DNA of 64,000 bases from Thermoplasmata archaeon (GCA_035636595.1 DASPYU010000009.1:31705-95704), one strand, 5' to 3'; shown: positions 39,251-49,234, numbered from the stretch's first letter. The notes: generated by a model from the sequence alone, not told the origin. A program made the numbers and translations.

Positions 39251-39549
39251 GTCGACCAGGGTGAAGTCGAAGTCGGACGCGAGGTTGCCGCGAATCCAGA
39301 GTGCCCAGAACGGAATCCAGAGCGCGAAGGCGGACGCCGCTTGGTACGCGTAGAAACGACGGACGCGTCGGCGGAGCTCGGGCAGAATGTATCACCGCGT
39401 CTGAAACGCACGATTCTGAACCTTCTATTTAGACGATGACGCTCGCGCACATCCGCGATGCGTTCCGCGAAACGCTAACAAAATCCGAGGCCCCATCCCA
39501 TGCGAACGGACCCATCCAGGGAATCTATAAGACCCCTTGGGCAATCGTT

Positions 39550-39623
39550 ATGGTGGTGTTGGGTTTCACTAACTCGGATACGCGTTGGACGAGATCTTCA
39601 ATCCGCGGCTGAGGAAGCGGTGA
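39550..39623 (+). pseudogene. Remnant of the 3' end of an OppC-type permease gene, marking a duplication boundary
   Basis: It translates to ..LGYALDEIFNPRLRKR*, matching the C-terminus of the permease at 34416..35333 (..FGYALDEILNPRLRRR*). Homology breaks just upstream, and there is no upstream ORF body. Confidence 0.45.
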
Positions 39624-39624
39624 C

Positions 39625-40605
39625 ATGCCCCTGCTGACCGTCAAGGGGCTGAAGACGTACTTCGAAACGCAGGAGGGCGACGTGAAGGCCGTGGACGGCG
39701 TCGACTTCACGCTCGGCGAGGGGGAGAGCCTCGGCCTCGCGGGCGAGAGCGGCTGCGGCAAGACGACCGCCGCCTTGTCGATCATGCGGCTCCTCCCTTC
39801 GAACGGCCGGATCGTCGACGGCACGATCGACTACATGGGCTACGACCTCGCGCGCATCCGGGAGAACCAGCTCCGCGGCATCCGATGGAAGCACATCTCG
39901 ATCATCTTCCAGGGCGCGATGAACGCGCTGAACCCGGTGAAGCGGATCGGCGACCAGATCGCGGAGCCGATCATCCTCCACGACAAGGTGGACAAGGAGG
40001 CCGCCATGAAACGCGTCGGGGAGCTCCTCGAACTCGTCGGAATCTCCCGCGAGCGGGGGAGCGAGTACCCGCACGAGTTCTCCGGCGGGATGCGCCAGCG
40101 CGTCATGATCGCGATGGCCCTGGCTTGCAACCCGCGCATCGTGATCGCGGACGAGCCGGTGACCGCACTGGATGTCATGATTCAGGCGCAGATCCTGGAA
40201 CTCCTCGAGCGACTGAAACGCGAACTGGACCTCTCGATGATCCTCATTTCCCACGACCTCTCCGTCATGGCGGAGACGTGCGACTCGATGGCGATCATGT
40301 ACGCGGGGAAGATCGTCGAGACGGGGAGCGTGCGGGACGTGTTCAAGAACGCGAAGCATCCGTACACGAAGGATCTCATCGGCGCGTTCCCGGACATCGA
40401 GGGACCTCAGACGCTGCCGGCGTACATCCCCGGCCTGCTGCCGAGCCTGATCCATCCGCCGCTCGGATGCCGCTTCCATCCGCGATGTAAGTACGCATGG
40501 CAGCTGTGCATCGACCAGGAGCCGCCCCTCGATCCGGTGGGCGAAGGACACCTCGCCGCGTGCCACCTGAATACGACGACGCCGCCCGCGAAGGGAGGCG
40601 CGTGA
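39625..40605 (+). CDS. ABC transporter ATP-binding protein (DppD/OppD type), paralogue of 35351..36334
   Basis: About 70% amino-acid identity to the first DppD-like ATPase, with the same motifs. Confidence 0.85.
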   Translation: MPLLTVKGLKTYFETQEGDVKAVDGVDFTLGEGESLGLAGESGCGKTTAALSIMRLLPSNGRIVDGTIDYMGYDLARIRENQLRGIRWKHISIIFQGAMNALNPVKRIGDQIAEPIILHDKVDKEAAMKRVGELLELVGISRERGSEYPHEFSGGMRQRVMIAMALACNPRIVIADEPVTALDVMIQAQILELLERLKRELDLSMILISHDLSVMAETCDSMAIMYAGKIVETGSVRDVFKNAKHPYTKDLIGAFPDIEGPQTLPAYIPGLLPSLIHPPLGCRFHPRCKYAWQLCIDQEPPLDPVGEGHLAACHLNTTTPPAKGGA

Positions 40606-40606
40606 C

Positions 40607-42349
40607 ATGGCGCGCGAACCGTACCTCGTCCTGCGGAACTTTCGCGTCTGGTTCGAGAAGCGACGCGGCTTCTTCGAGGCCCTCCGCAAGGCCGAGCCCG
40701 AATACGTGCGCGCGGTCGACGGCGTCGATCTCGACGTTGGGCGAGGCGAGGTGTTCTGCCTCGTCGGGGAGAGCGGCTGCGGCAAGACGACGACGGGCAA
40801 GGGGATCCTGAAGCTCGTCGAGCCGACCGGTGGCGACGTGTTCGTCGGCGTGCCGCCGGCCACGCTCTCGCGGTATGAGGCCGCCAACGCGGGCGGAGAC
40901 GAACGCACGCTCGAGGATATCCGCCAGCGGTACTCGCTCTCTTGGAAGGAGCACCGCCCGTGGTCGATCCCGGATCTGCTGATCCTCGCCGTCGTCATCG
41001 TGGGCGCCGCCGTCCTCGCGACGATCCTGCCCGCACTCGTCGCCGCCTCGTTCTTCCACATGCCCTTCACCAACGGCGGGAGCGTCGTCGCGGAGGCGAT
41101 CGTCGCGGGGCTCCTCCTCGCGTTCTTCGGAAGCCTGCCACCGACGCGACCCACGCCGCGCGTCGCGGCGGTCCTCGGGCTGGTCAGTCTCGTCGTCTTC
41201 AACGTCGGGGCGTTCGTCAGCCTCGTGTTCTCGGGCTACCTGGATTCCGGCGCGGTCTACGGGGCGACGTACTGGGGCGTCGGGGCGATCTCGATGCTCG
41301 GCGGGTCGCTGTTCGCGTTCATCACCGCCACCGTGACGGCTCGGATCATCATCCGCATGCGTCTGCACGAAGAGGGACTCGAGGGCGTGAAGATCCGGAG
41401 CCTCCGAAGGAAGCTACAGATCATTTTCCAGGATCCGTACGAATCCCTGAACCCGAAGCACTCCGTGTACGACATCGTCTCGGAGCCGCTCATCGTGAAT
41501 CGGGTCAGCCGCAACCGCGCCGAGACGGAGGCGCGGGTCGAGCAGGCCCTCTACGATGCGGGCCTCCGGCCACCGCGAGACTTCCTGTTCCGGTTCCCGC
41601 ACGAACTCAGCGGCGGACAGCGGCAGCGCGTTTCGATCGCCGGGGCCCTCGTCCTCGATCCGGAATTCCTCGTCGCCGACGAGCCGGTCTCCATGCTCGA
41701 CGTGTCGATCCGCACGGAGATCATCGAGTTGCTGCTCGAGCTCCGCGAGAAGAAGGGACTCACGTACCTGTTCATCACGCACGACCTCTCCCTCGCCTGG
41801 GTCCTCGCCGACCGGATCGGGGTCATGTATCTGGGGAAGATCGTCGAGCAAGGCCCGACGCGCGAGCTGATCAAGAATCCGCGGCATCCGTACACGAAGG
41901 CGCTTGTCTCCGTCGTGCCGGTCCCGGACCCGGACCGCCGGCGCGAGCGGATCATCCTGAAGGGTGAGCGGCCGGATCCCTCGGCCATCCCGGCCGGGTG
42001 CCGGTTCCATCCCCGATGCCCGGTCGCCTTCGAGCGATGCGGGTGGACCGCGGAGGAGGTCGTCGCGGACCTCAAAGGCCTCGTCGCGGGACAGCCGACG
42101 GAGAGCCTGTTCGCCGGCGCGAGACCGGACGGCCCGCTCGCGTTCGTCTTGCCCGGTGCCCCGACCGGCGTCGAGTCGACCCTCCGGGATCTCGTCGCGC
42201 ATCGAGCCGAGGAGATCCGCGCCCTCAAGGCGATCACCACGATCGAGCGGTCGGATGGCGGCGTTCGCGTCTCGTTGCACGACTTCACCGAGCCAGACCT
42301 GAAGTCGATCACGGCGGACACCCAGGTGTCGTGCCACCTATTCGCCTGA
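40607..42349 (+). CDS. ABC transporter ATP-binding protein (OppF/DppF type) with a four-TM insertion, paralogue of 36331..38133
   Basis: Same architecture: Walker A, ~200-aa insertion with 4 TM helices (LLILAVVIVGAAVLATILPALV, VVAEAIVAGLLLAFFGSL, VAAVLGLVSLVVFNVGAFVSLVF, GVGAISMLGGSLFAFITATV), then IFQDPYESLNP, LSGGQRQRV and LVADEPVSMLD. Confidence 0.75.
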   Translation: MAREPYLVLRNFRVWFEKRRGFFEALRKAEPEYVRAVDGVDLDVGRGEVFCLVGESGCGKTTTGKGILKLVEPTGGDVFVGVPPATLSRYEAANAGGDERTLEDIRQRYSLSWKEHRPWSIPDLLILAVVIVGAAVLATILPALVAASFFHMPFTNGGSVVAEAIVAGLLLAFFGSLPPTRPTPRVAAVLGLVSLVVFNVGAFVSLVFSGYLDSGAVYGATYWGVGAISMLGGSLFAFITATVTARIIIRMRLHEEGLEGVKIRSLRRKLQIIFQDPYESLNPKHSVYDIVSEPLIVNRVSRNRAETEARVEQALYDAGLRPPRDFLFRFPHELSGGQRQRVSIAGALVLDPEFLVADEPVSMLDVSIRTEIIELLLELREKKGLTYLFITHDLSLAWVLADRIGVMYLGKIVEQGPTRELIKNPRHPYTKALVSVVPVPDPDRRRERIILKGERPDPSAIPAGCRFHPRCPVAFERCGWTAEEVVADLKGLVAGQPTESLFAGARPDGPLAFVLPGAPTGVESTLRDLVAHRAEEIRALKAITTIERSDGGVRVSLHDFTEPDLKSITADTQVSCHLFA

Positions 42350-42456
42350 GGTCGGATGCGGCCCCGCCCCGGCGAGCTGACGCGGGACCAACCCGCGTGA
42401 GCCGTGTCGCATAAAGGCTTACAAGGCAACCCGTTCTTCCGGGCCTTGGAGAAGCC

Positions 42457-43287
42457 ATGGAGAAGCTCGTCATCACGATCGCGCCGACGGGCTCGGTCCC
42501 GACGAAGAAGGACACGCCGCACGTGCCCGTGACGCCGGACGAGATCGCCGAGACCGCCTATCGATGCGAGCAGGAAGGCGCGTCGATCATCCACGTCCAT
42601 TGTCGCGACGAGGTCGAGCGGCCCACCTCGAAGTTCGAGATCTTCAAGGAGACCGTCGACAAGATCCGCAAGCGCACGAAACTCATCGTGATGACGTCGA
42701 CGAGCGGGATCGCGGCCGCGACCGACGCGGATCGGGCGGCGCCGCTGAAGACGAAACCGGAGATGGGCAGCCTCACGACGGGCTCGCTGAACTTCGCAGG
42801 CCGCAAGCCCTCCGTCGTCTACGTGAACACGATCAAGACGGTGCAGTTCCTCGCGAAGACGATGCTCGACTCGGGCATCAAACCGGAGATCGAGGCGTTC
42901 GACGTCGGCTTCATCCAGCAGGGGAACCGACTCGTCGAGGCGGGGCTCGTCAAGGAGCCCGCGCACTTCCAGCTCGTCATGGGCGTGGACGGCGGCATCC
43001 CCGCGACGCCGGACAACCTCATGCACATGCGGAATCAGCTCCCGCCCACCGCGACGTACGTCGTGGCGGGGATGTCGCGGATGCAGCTGCCCATGACGAC
43101 GATGGCCATCGTGCTCGGCGGCCACGTCCGCGTCGGATTGGAGGACAACCTCTACCTGAAGAAGGGCGTGCTGGCGCGGAACGAAGAGCTGGTCGCCCGG
43201 GCGCGGCACCTCGCCGAAGACCTGCAGCGGGAAGTCGCCAGGCCGGACGAAGCGCGCACAATCATGGGGCTCGCCCCGCGTGCGTGA
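42457..43287 (+). CDS. kce: Beta-keto acid cleavage enzyme (BKACE/DUF849; 3-keto-5-aminohexanoate cleavage enzyme Kce-like)
   Basis: 276 aa: MEKLVITIAPTG.., HVH..RD, and TIM-barrel BKACE similarity over the full length. Confidence 0.8.
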   Translation: MEKLVITIAPTGSVPTKKDTPHVPVTPDEIAETAYRCEQEGASIIHVHCRDEVERPTSKFEIFKETVDKIRKRTKLIVMTSTSGIAAATDADRAAPLKTKPEMGSLTTGSLNFAGRKPSVVYVNTIKTVQFLAKTMLDSGIKPEIEAFDVGFIQQGNRLVEAGLVKEPAHFQLVMGVDGGIPATPDNLMHMRNQLPPTATYVVAGMSRMQLPMTTMAIVLGGHVRVGLEDNLYLKKGVLARNEELVARARHLAEDLQREVARPDEARTIMGLAPRA

Positions 43288-44598
43288 TCACGCCGCGACA
43301 CTCTCTTCGACCGCACGGAGCGTCTGGCGAACGGCGGCGTCGTCGTGAACCGTCGAGAGGTAGAAAGGCTTCTCCGGTTTCACGAAGACGCTCCTCTCGA
43401 GCAACGAGACGTCCAGATTCTTTCTCCGTCGACTGTCCGCGCGCAACATGTCTCGATAGTTACGTAGGGGGCCTTCCATGAAAAGGATCGAGAAGACCGC
43501 GCCGACTTGCGGTACGTTTGCGCGGATGTCTTCCTCTCGGAGGATGCGCTCGATTCCCGACGCCAAGGTCCGGGTTTTCGCGAGCAGATCGTCGAACACG
43601 CCATCTACCTCGAGTTCGTCGAGCGTGGCCATCCCGGCCGCGAGTGCGGGCGGATACCCGGCGAACGTGCTGCTGTGGAAGAACTCGTCCCGGTCGGGGT
43701 CCGCGAGGTCCAAAATGTCCGACCGGCCGAGGAATGCGCCGCACGGGAGTCCGCCGCCGATGATTTTCCCGAGGCACGTCAGGTCCGGCGTAACCCCGTA
43801 CGCCTGTTGCGCGCCGCCGAACGTGAGACGGAAGCCGCTCATCACTTCGTCGAAGATGAGCGGGATGTCGAAGTGAGTCGTGATTTCTCGAAGTCCTTTG
43901 AGGAATTCCGGATCGGGCGCAATGATCGATCGCTCGACGGGCTCGAGGATTACGCAGGCCAGGAGCTCCGCATGTCCGCGGATCCTGGCTTCGGTCTCGG
44001 GCAGATCGTTGAAGGGAAGGACGAGCGTGTTTTTGAGGACCGAGTCGGGCGTGCCGCGCGAACCGGACACGGGGACCAGATGCTCCGACTCCGCGGGCGA
44101 ATGACTGACGAGGAATTCGTCGACGCCTCCGTGGTAGTGGCCCTCGAACTTCGCAATCACCGGACGGCGGCGATACGCCCGTGCGATGCGCACCGCGTGG
44201 ATCGTGGCCTCCGTGCCGGACACCGTGAAGCGCAACTTGCCGTCCGGCCGGAAGATCCGCAAGAGCCGCTCCGCATACGTCGCCTCGAGCTCGTGCGGCG
44301 TCCCGAACATCGTCGTCCCGGCCGAGTCGAGGGCGTCGCGGATCGCCTTCATCACGCGCGGATGGCCGTGGCCCAGGATCAGTGGACCGAAGGACAGGCA
44401 GTAGTCGATGTACTCGTTCCCGTCCAGATCCCAGAGGCGGCAGCCGGAGGCCCTGCGCATCGCGATCGGGTACGGATCGAAGTACTTGACATTCGCCGTC
44501 ACGCCCCCGGGCATCGACTTCCGAGCGCGCTCCGCGTACGACTTCGAAGCCTTCGTGCGATCGACGAGTTTCGCGGGCTTCGTTGTGGCCTTCGCCAT
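43288..44598 (-). CDS. Class III aminotransferase (glutamate-1-semialdehyde 2,1-aminomutase/HemL-like family)
   Basis: Internal ATG (MAKATTKPAKLVDRTKASKSYAERARKSMPGGV..) of track ORF 43288..44709. Class III PLP-fold similarity throughout. Confidence 0.8.
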   Translation of the reverse strand: MAKATTKPAKLVDRTKASKSYAERARKSMPGGVTANVKYFDPYPIAMRRASGCRLWDLDGNEYIDYCLSFGPLILGHGHPRVMKAIRDALDSAGTTMFGTPHELEATYAERLLRIFRPDGKLRFTVSGTEATIHAVRIARAYRRRPVIAKFEGHYHGGVDEFLVSHSPAESEHLVPVSGSRGTPDSVLKNTLVLPFNDLPETEARIRGHAELLACVILEPVERSIIAPDPEFLKGLREITTHFDIPLIFDEVMSGFRLTFGGAQQAYGVTPDLTCLGKIIGGGLPCGAFLGRSDILDLADPDRDEFFHSSTFAGYPPALAAGMATLDELEVDGVFDDLLAKTRTLASGIERILREEDIRANVPQVGAVFSILFMEGPLRNYRDMLRADSRRRKNLDVSLLERSVFVKPEKPFYLSTVHDDAAVRQTLRAVEESVAA

Positions 44599-44707
44599 GG
44601 AGACGAATCGCGATGACCGGACGGCCGATATAGTCTTCGCAGACGGCCATCGAGACCTCTTATACCGCGTCGGCGATGCGCGGTTTGGACGAGGAGGTCG
44701 AATCGAC

Positions 44708-45298
44708 ATGGGAGGTCGTGGAGACTTCGAAAAATCCTACGCAACCGGGGACACGCCGTGGGACTCCGGGGTCCCGAGCGCGGAACTGATGCGCGTGCTC
44801 GACGCCGGCTTGTTGCCCGGAAAGACCGCGCTCGAGATCGGATGCGGCACCGGGACGAATGCCATCGCGCTCGCACGTCGAGGATATCGGGTGACCGCGG
44901 TCGATCTCGTCGACCTCGCGGTCCGGCGGGCGCGGGAGAAGGCGAAGAAGGCGGGCGTCGAGATCGACTTTCGCGTGGGAGACGCAACTCGAATGGATCT
45001 CGGCGGACCGTACGATGTCGTGTTCGACCGGGGCGTCTATCACGGCGTTCGCGTCCGGGCTCTCCCCGCGTTCCTGAAATTGCTCCAGCGGGTGACGCAC
45101 AAGGGCTCCCGCTGGCTGTGCCTCGCAGGGAACGCGAAGGAACCCACGGAAGAGGGCCCGCCCGTCGTGAGCGAACAGGAGTTCAGATCCGAGCTCGGAC
45201 CGTTGTTCAACTTCCTCGAGGTGCGCGAGTTCCGGTTCACACTCAACCGCGAGGGCTTCCGGCCCCTCGGCTGGTCCATCCTCATGGAACGCCGCTAG
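44708..45298 (+). CDS. Small class I SAM-dependent methyltransferase (TPMT/TehB-like), paralogue of 11522..12127
   Basis: Internal ATG of track ORF 44408..45298. Motif I ALEIGCGTGTNAIALARRG. Confidence 0.6.
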   Translation: MGGRGDFEKSYATGDTPWDSGVPSAELMRVLDAGLLPGKTALEIGCGTGTNAIALARRGYRVTAVDLVDLAVRRAREKAKKAGVEIDFRVGDATRMDLGGPYDVVFDRGVYHGVRVRALPAFLKLLQRVTHKGSRWLCLAGNAKEPTEEGPPVVSEQEFRSELGPLFNFLEVREFRFTLNREGFRPLGWSILMERR

Positions 45299-45358
45299 GT
45301 CGGCATCGGATCGCGGCGACGAAACACATTCAATTGCGTCGCTCTCATCGGGGGACGG

Positions 45359-45901
45359 ATGCGCCTGCTCACGGGCCCCGGCCGACCGAAGCGGTTCTTC
45401 GACCGGCTCGCGAGTCGATACGATCGGATCAATGCGCGGCTCTACAAGCGCGAGTGGCTCGACCGGGTCCGCGACGCGATCCGGGGAGAACGCGTCTTGG
45501 ATGTGGGCGTCGGCACGGGGTTCACCACGAACCACCTCGACGGGGCCGTCGGAATCGATCTGTCGAGGGAGATGCTCCGCCGTGCCCGGTATCGCGGCCA
45601 TCTCGTCCAAGCGGACTTCACGCGTCCTCCGTTCCGCGGCCCGACGTTCGACTCCGTTGTCTTCGCAGGATCCCTGTACTATCTGGCGAGCGCGGCGGAA
45701 GGGCTTCGGATTGCCGAAGGGTTGCTCCGCCATGGAGGGCGGGTCGTCATCCTCTCGCCGGCGACTCCCCTGCTCTCGCCCTTCGTCCCGATCTTCACGG
45801 AATCCGACTACACCGCGTTCTTCCAGTGGGCGGGCCTGCGCCCCTTGTCGTACGAACGGTTGAACTGGGCCGCGTGCCTCGTCATCGCGGAGAAGCCGTA
45901 G
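45359..45901 (+). CDS. Class I SAM-dependent methyltransferase (Methyltransf_11/UbiE-like)
   Basis: VLDVGVGTGF motif I in a 180-aa protein. Confidence 0.6.
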   Translation: MRLLTGPGRPKRFFDRLASRYDRINARLYKREWLDRVRDAIRGERVLDVGVGTGFTTNHLDGAVGIDLSREMLRRARYRGHLVQADFTRPPFRGPTFDSVVFAGSLYYLASAAEGLRIAEGLLRHGGRVVILSPATPLLSPFVPIFTESDYTAFFQWAGLRPLSYERLNWAACLVIAEKP

Positions 45902-46014
45902 TCTCGGGCTTGTGGATCGGACACGGCCGGCCCGCCTTGCAGAAGCGGCACTTCTCCGGCTTCGTCACGGGGAGCGGCTTGATCATCCGGCCATACTTGC
46001 GGCGCGGCATGGCC

Positions 46015-47379
46015 TCAGACGGCCTCGACGAGCGCCATCTCCGTCTGGCCATGCTTCAGCGTCTCGGCGACTTCCTCGAACGCGTCGAGGTGCGCTTGCA
46101 CATCGGCCTTCGTGTGCGCGACGGACATCGTCCACTGCTCGTCGGGCCCCGTGGCCATCGGGATGACCCCGCGGTTCATCATCGCCGTGTTGTAGCCCCA
46201 CCACCGGCCCACGTCGACGTCCTGGAAGGACCGCCAATCCGTCACCTCGTGGCGGGTGAAGTGCACGGTGCCGCTGATTCCGCCGGCCTGGATCCGCATC
46301 GTGAGCCGATGGTCCCGGACGATGTCCGTGTAGCCTTTCGCGAGCGCGTTCCCCATCCGTTGCGCGTACTGCATCCCGGACCGCGTGAGGATCTTCGTCA
46401 TCGTGACGAGTCCCGCGGACATGCTGAGCGGATTCGCGTTGAAGGTCCCCGCGTGGGCGATCTGGCCGGGGATGACCTGGTCCATGATCGAGGCTTTCCC
46501 GCCGACCGCCGCCACGGGGAAGCCGCCGCCGATCGCCTTGCCGAAGACCTTTACGTCCGGGGTGACGCCGAACGCCTCCTCCGCGCCGCCGTACCACTTG
46601 CCGCACGTCTTGACCTCGTCGAAGATCAGGACCGCGCCGATCTCGTCCGCGAGGGCCCGCAACCCTTCGAGGAACCCTGGCTTCGGCTGCACGTATCCCA
46701 TGTTCATCGGGACCGGTTCGAGGATGATTCCCGCGATGTCGTCGGCGTGTTCGGTCGCGAGAGCCTCGGTCGACGCGAGGTCGTTGAAGGGCGCGATCAC
46801 CGCAGTCTCGACGAGTTCCTTCAGGAGGCCCTTCGAGGACGGCACGGGGTTCGGACGCTTCGGGTCGCCCGAGACCTCTTTCCGCGGCTTGATGGAGACC
46901 ATGAGCGCGTCGTGCGAGCCGTGGTAGCAGCCTTCAAACTTCAGGATCCGCTTGCGGCCCGTGACGGCCCGCGCGAGGCGCACAGAGAACAGGGTCGCGT
47001 CCAAGCCGGACATCGAGAACTTGAGGCGGTCGACCGCGAAGCGCTTGCAGATGTGCTCCGCGAGCGGCCCGGCATCGGCGGACTCGTATCCGAAGATCGT
47101 GCCGTTCGAGACGCGCTCCCGCATTGCCTTCGCGAGGATGGGATGGCTGTGGCCCGCGACGAGCGCGCCGAAGGCCATGTTGAAGTCGATGTACTCGTTG
47201 CCGTCGACGTCCCAGACGCGCGATCCTTTGGCCTTGCGGACGAACAGCGGATGCGGGTCCACGAGGCGGTAGTTGCTATTCACCCCGGAAGGAATGTGCC
47301 GCTTCGCGGCCTCCCAGGCGCGCGCGGACTTCCTCGTCCGCCGCTGAAACGTCTGGAGCTCTTCCTCCCACATTTGCAT
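46015..47379 (-). CDS. Class III aminotransferase (HemL-like family), second copy
   Basis: 454 aa: IPSGVNS.., GSR.WDVDGNEYIDF, class III PLP fold. Paralogous to 43288..44598. Confidence 0.8.
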   Translation of the reverse strand: MQMWEEELQTFQRRTRKSARAWEAAKRHIPSGVNSNYRLVDPHPLFVRKAKGSRVWDVDGNEYIDFNMAFGALVAGHSHPILAKAMRERVSNGTIFGYESADAGPLAEHICKRFAVDRLKFSMSGLDATLFSVRLARAVTGRKRILKFEGCYHGSHDALMVSIKPRKEVSGDPKRPNPVPSSKGLLKELVETAVIAPFNDLASTEALATEHADDIAGIILEPVPMNMGYVQPKPGFLEGLRALADEIGAVLIFDEVKTCGKWYGGAEEAFGVTPDVKVFGKAIGGGFPVAAVGGKASIMDQVIPGQIAHAGTFNANPLSMSAGLVTMTKILTRSGMQYAQRMGNALAKGYTDIVRDHRLTMRIQAGGISGTVHFTRHEVTDWRSFQDVDVGRWWGYNTAMMNRGVIPMATGPDEQWTMSVAHTKADVQAHLDAFEEVAETLKHGQTEMALVEAV

Positions 47380-47501
47380 GATATCGATGGGTCTGCGCGT
47401 CGGAAGGCGCGCATACTATAAACCGTTTCGCGAGAAATTCGAATCACGTTGCGAGTTACTCCATTGGAGGCCGTTCGGAGACCATCGGCACGATGAATGA
47501 A

Positions 47502-47521
47502 TTAACCTTAAACGAGGTTAA
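47502..47521. promoter_or_regulatory. Second copy of the palindromic motif TTAACCT-N6-AGGTTAA in a divergent promoter region
   Basis: Arms identical to the site at 7451..7470, with an A/T-rich spacer. It lies between the divergent aminotransferase (-) and D-aminoacylase (+) genes. Confidence 0.45.
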
Positions 47522-47596
47522 CTTCACGCTGCGTCCCGATCGCTTCCGACGGCCCGAGCGAATGACGTTATACACTCCGCTCCTCTTTGGGCGGCC

Positions 47597-49234
47597 GTGG
47601 CCTTCGACATCGTGATCCGAGATGGCCGCGTCCTCGACGGGACGGGCGCGACATGGAGGGCCGCGGACATCGGCGTTCGTCGTGGCGTGATCGCCCGCGT
47701 GGGACGCTTCGGAAAATCGAAGGCCGGTCGCACGATCGACGCGAAGGGCCTCTACGTCGCGCCGGGCTTCATCGACATCCACACGCACAGCGACGTCGGG
47801 ATCCTCGTCGAGCCGACCGCCGACTGCGCCGTGCGGCAAGGCGTGACGACCCATGTGATCGGGAACTGCGGCGATTCGCCCGCGCCGATCGGGGAGGCGT
47901 ACCGCGACCTCGCGGTACGGCGGTTCGAGTACTACGCGCTGGCGAGGGATTGGACCTGGTCGACGTACCGCGAGTACCTCGCATACATGGAGCGGACCGG
48001 CGTCGGCATCAACATCGCCGGCCTCGTCGGGCATGGGAGCGCGCGGCTCGCGGTGATGGGGTTCGAGGAGCGGCCTCCGACGCGGGACGAGCTGCGGGCC
48101 ATGAAGGCCCACGTGGACGAGGCGATGCGCGCCGGCGCGTTCGGGATGAGCACGGGGCTCGTGTACCCGCCGGGGTGCTTCGCCGACACGGAGGAGGTCG
48201 TCGAGCTCGCGCGGGTCGTCGCGCGGCGCAGCGGCTTCTACGCCTCGCACATCCGCGGGGAGCGGGAGACGATCGTCGACGCGGTCCGGGAATGCATCGA
48301 GATCGGCGAGATGGCGGGATGCCCGGTCCAGATCAGCCACAACAACCCGAAGTACGGCGGCCTCGGGAAGTCGGACGAGATCCAGGCCCTCTGGGAAGCG
48401 GCACGGGCGCGCGGCATCGACGTCCTCGCAGACAACGATGCGCACACGGACTTCGGGCCGCCGCTCAGCCATGCGTTGCCGCAATGGACGCAGAAGCTGA
48501 CGACGGACGAACGCATCGCGATGCTGCGGGACCCCGCGAAGCGAGAGGACCTGAAGTCCGAGATCAAGGCCGACAAGCGCCCCGGTGCCGGATACGTCGG
48601 CTTGCTCGTCCATGAACGGTTCGACCGAATCTGGATCCTGCGGTGTCTGGGTGATCCCGCCAAGGAAGGGCTCACGTTCGCGCAGCTCGCGGAGCGTCGC
48701 GGCGTTGATCCGTGGACCGCGTTCTTCGACGTGATCGTCGACGAACGGGACGCGGCCGTCGGCCTATTCGACTACATGGACCCGGAGGAGATCAAGCGGA
48801 CGTTGCGGCACCCGCTCGTCATGATCTGCTCCGACGGGTGGGTCGCGCCGAAGGACGCCCGCACCTCGCCGACGGCGCCGTACCAACCGTGCACCTACGG
48901 CGAATTCCCGGGGATCCTGGAGCGGTTCGTCGTGAAGGAACACGTGCTCCGCCTGGAGGATGCGATCCACAAGATGACGGGGATGCCCGCCGCGCGACTC
49001 GGCCTCGGGGACCGGGGCCTCCTCCGGCCCGGATTCGCCGCAGATGTCGTCGTCTTCGACTTGCCGCGCGTCCGCGATCGCGCGACGAACCTGTGGCCTC
49101 ACACGCATCCGTTCGAGAATTATCCCCATGGCCACCCGGAGGGGATCGACTGGGTCCTCGTGAACGGGACCGTGGCGGTCGAGCAAGGAGAGCCGACCGG
49201 GGCGCTCGCGGGACGGGTCTTGCGGCACCCCTAA
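47597..49234 (+). CDS. N-acyl-D-amino-acid deacylase (D-aminoacylase), amidohydrolase superfamily
   Basis: 545 aa with the metal-binding HTHSD motif (GFIDIHTHSD). Full-length similarity to D-aminoacylases. Confidence 0.8.
   Translation: MAFDIVIRDGRVLDGTGATWRAADIGVRRGVIARVGRFGKSKAGRTIDAKGLYVAPGFIDIHTHSDVGILVEPTADCAVRQGVTTHVIGNCGDSPAPIGEAYRDLAVRRFEYYALARDWTWSTYREYLAYMERTGVGINIAGLVGHGSARLAVMGFEERPPTRDELRAMKAHVDEAMRAGAFGMSTGLVYPPGCFADTEEVVELARVVARRSGFYASHIRGERETIVDAVRECIEIGEMAGCPVQISHNNPKYGGLGKSDEIQALWEAARARGIDVLADNDAHTDFGPPLSHALPQWTQKLTTDERIAMLRDPAKREDLKSEIKADKRPGAGYVGLLVHERFDRIWILRCLGDPAKEGLTFAQLAERRGVDPWTAFFDVIVDERDAAVGLFDYMDPEEIKRTLRHPLVMICSDGWVAPKDARTSPTAPYQPCTYGEFPGILERFVVKEHVLRLEDAIHKMTGMPAARLGLGDRGLLRPGFAADVVVFDLPRVRDRATNLWPHTHPFENYPHGHPEGIDWVLVNGTVAVEQGEPTGALAGRVLRHP

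Noticed and set aside
37149-39395. 748-aa minus-strand ORF spanning the OppF-like ATPase and the MFS gene
   Set aside because: It is antisense to a conserved ABC ATPase and out of frame with the MFS gene, and its sequence is Arg/Pro-rich. Artefact.
44408-44707. 5' part of track ORF 44408..45298, including a METNRDD start that overlaps the aminotransferase start palindrome CCATGG
   Set aside because: It would require a 200-nt divergent overlap with the class III aminotransferase. Methyltransferase homology begins after the internal ATG at 44708.
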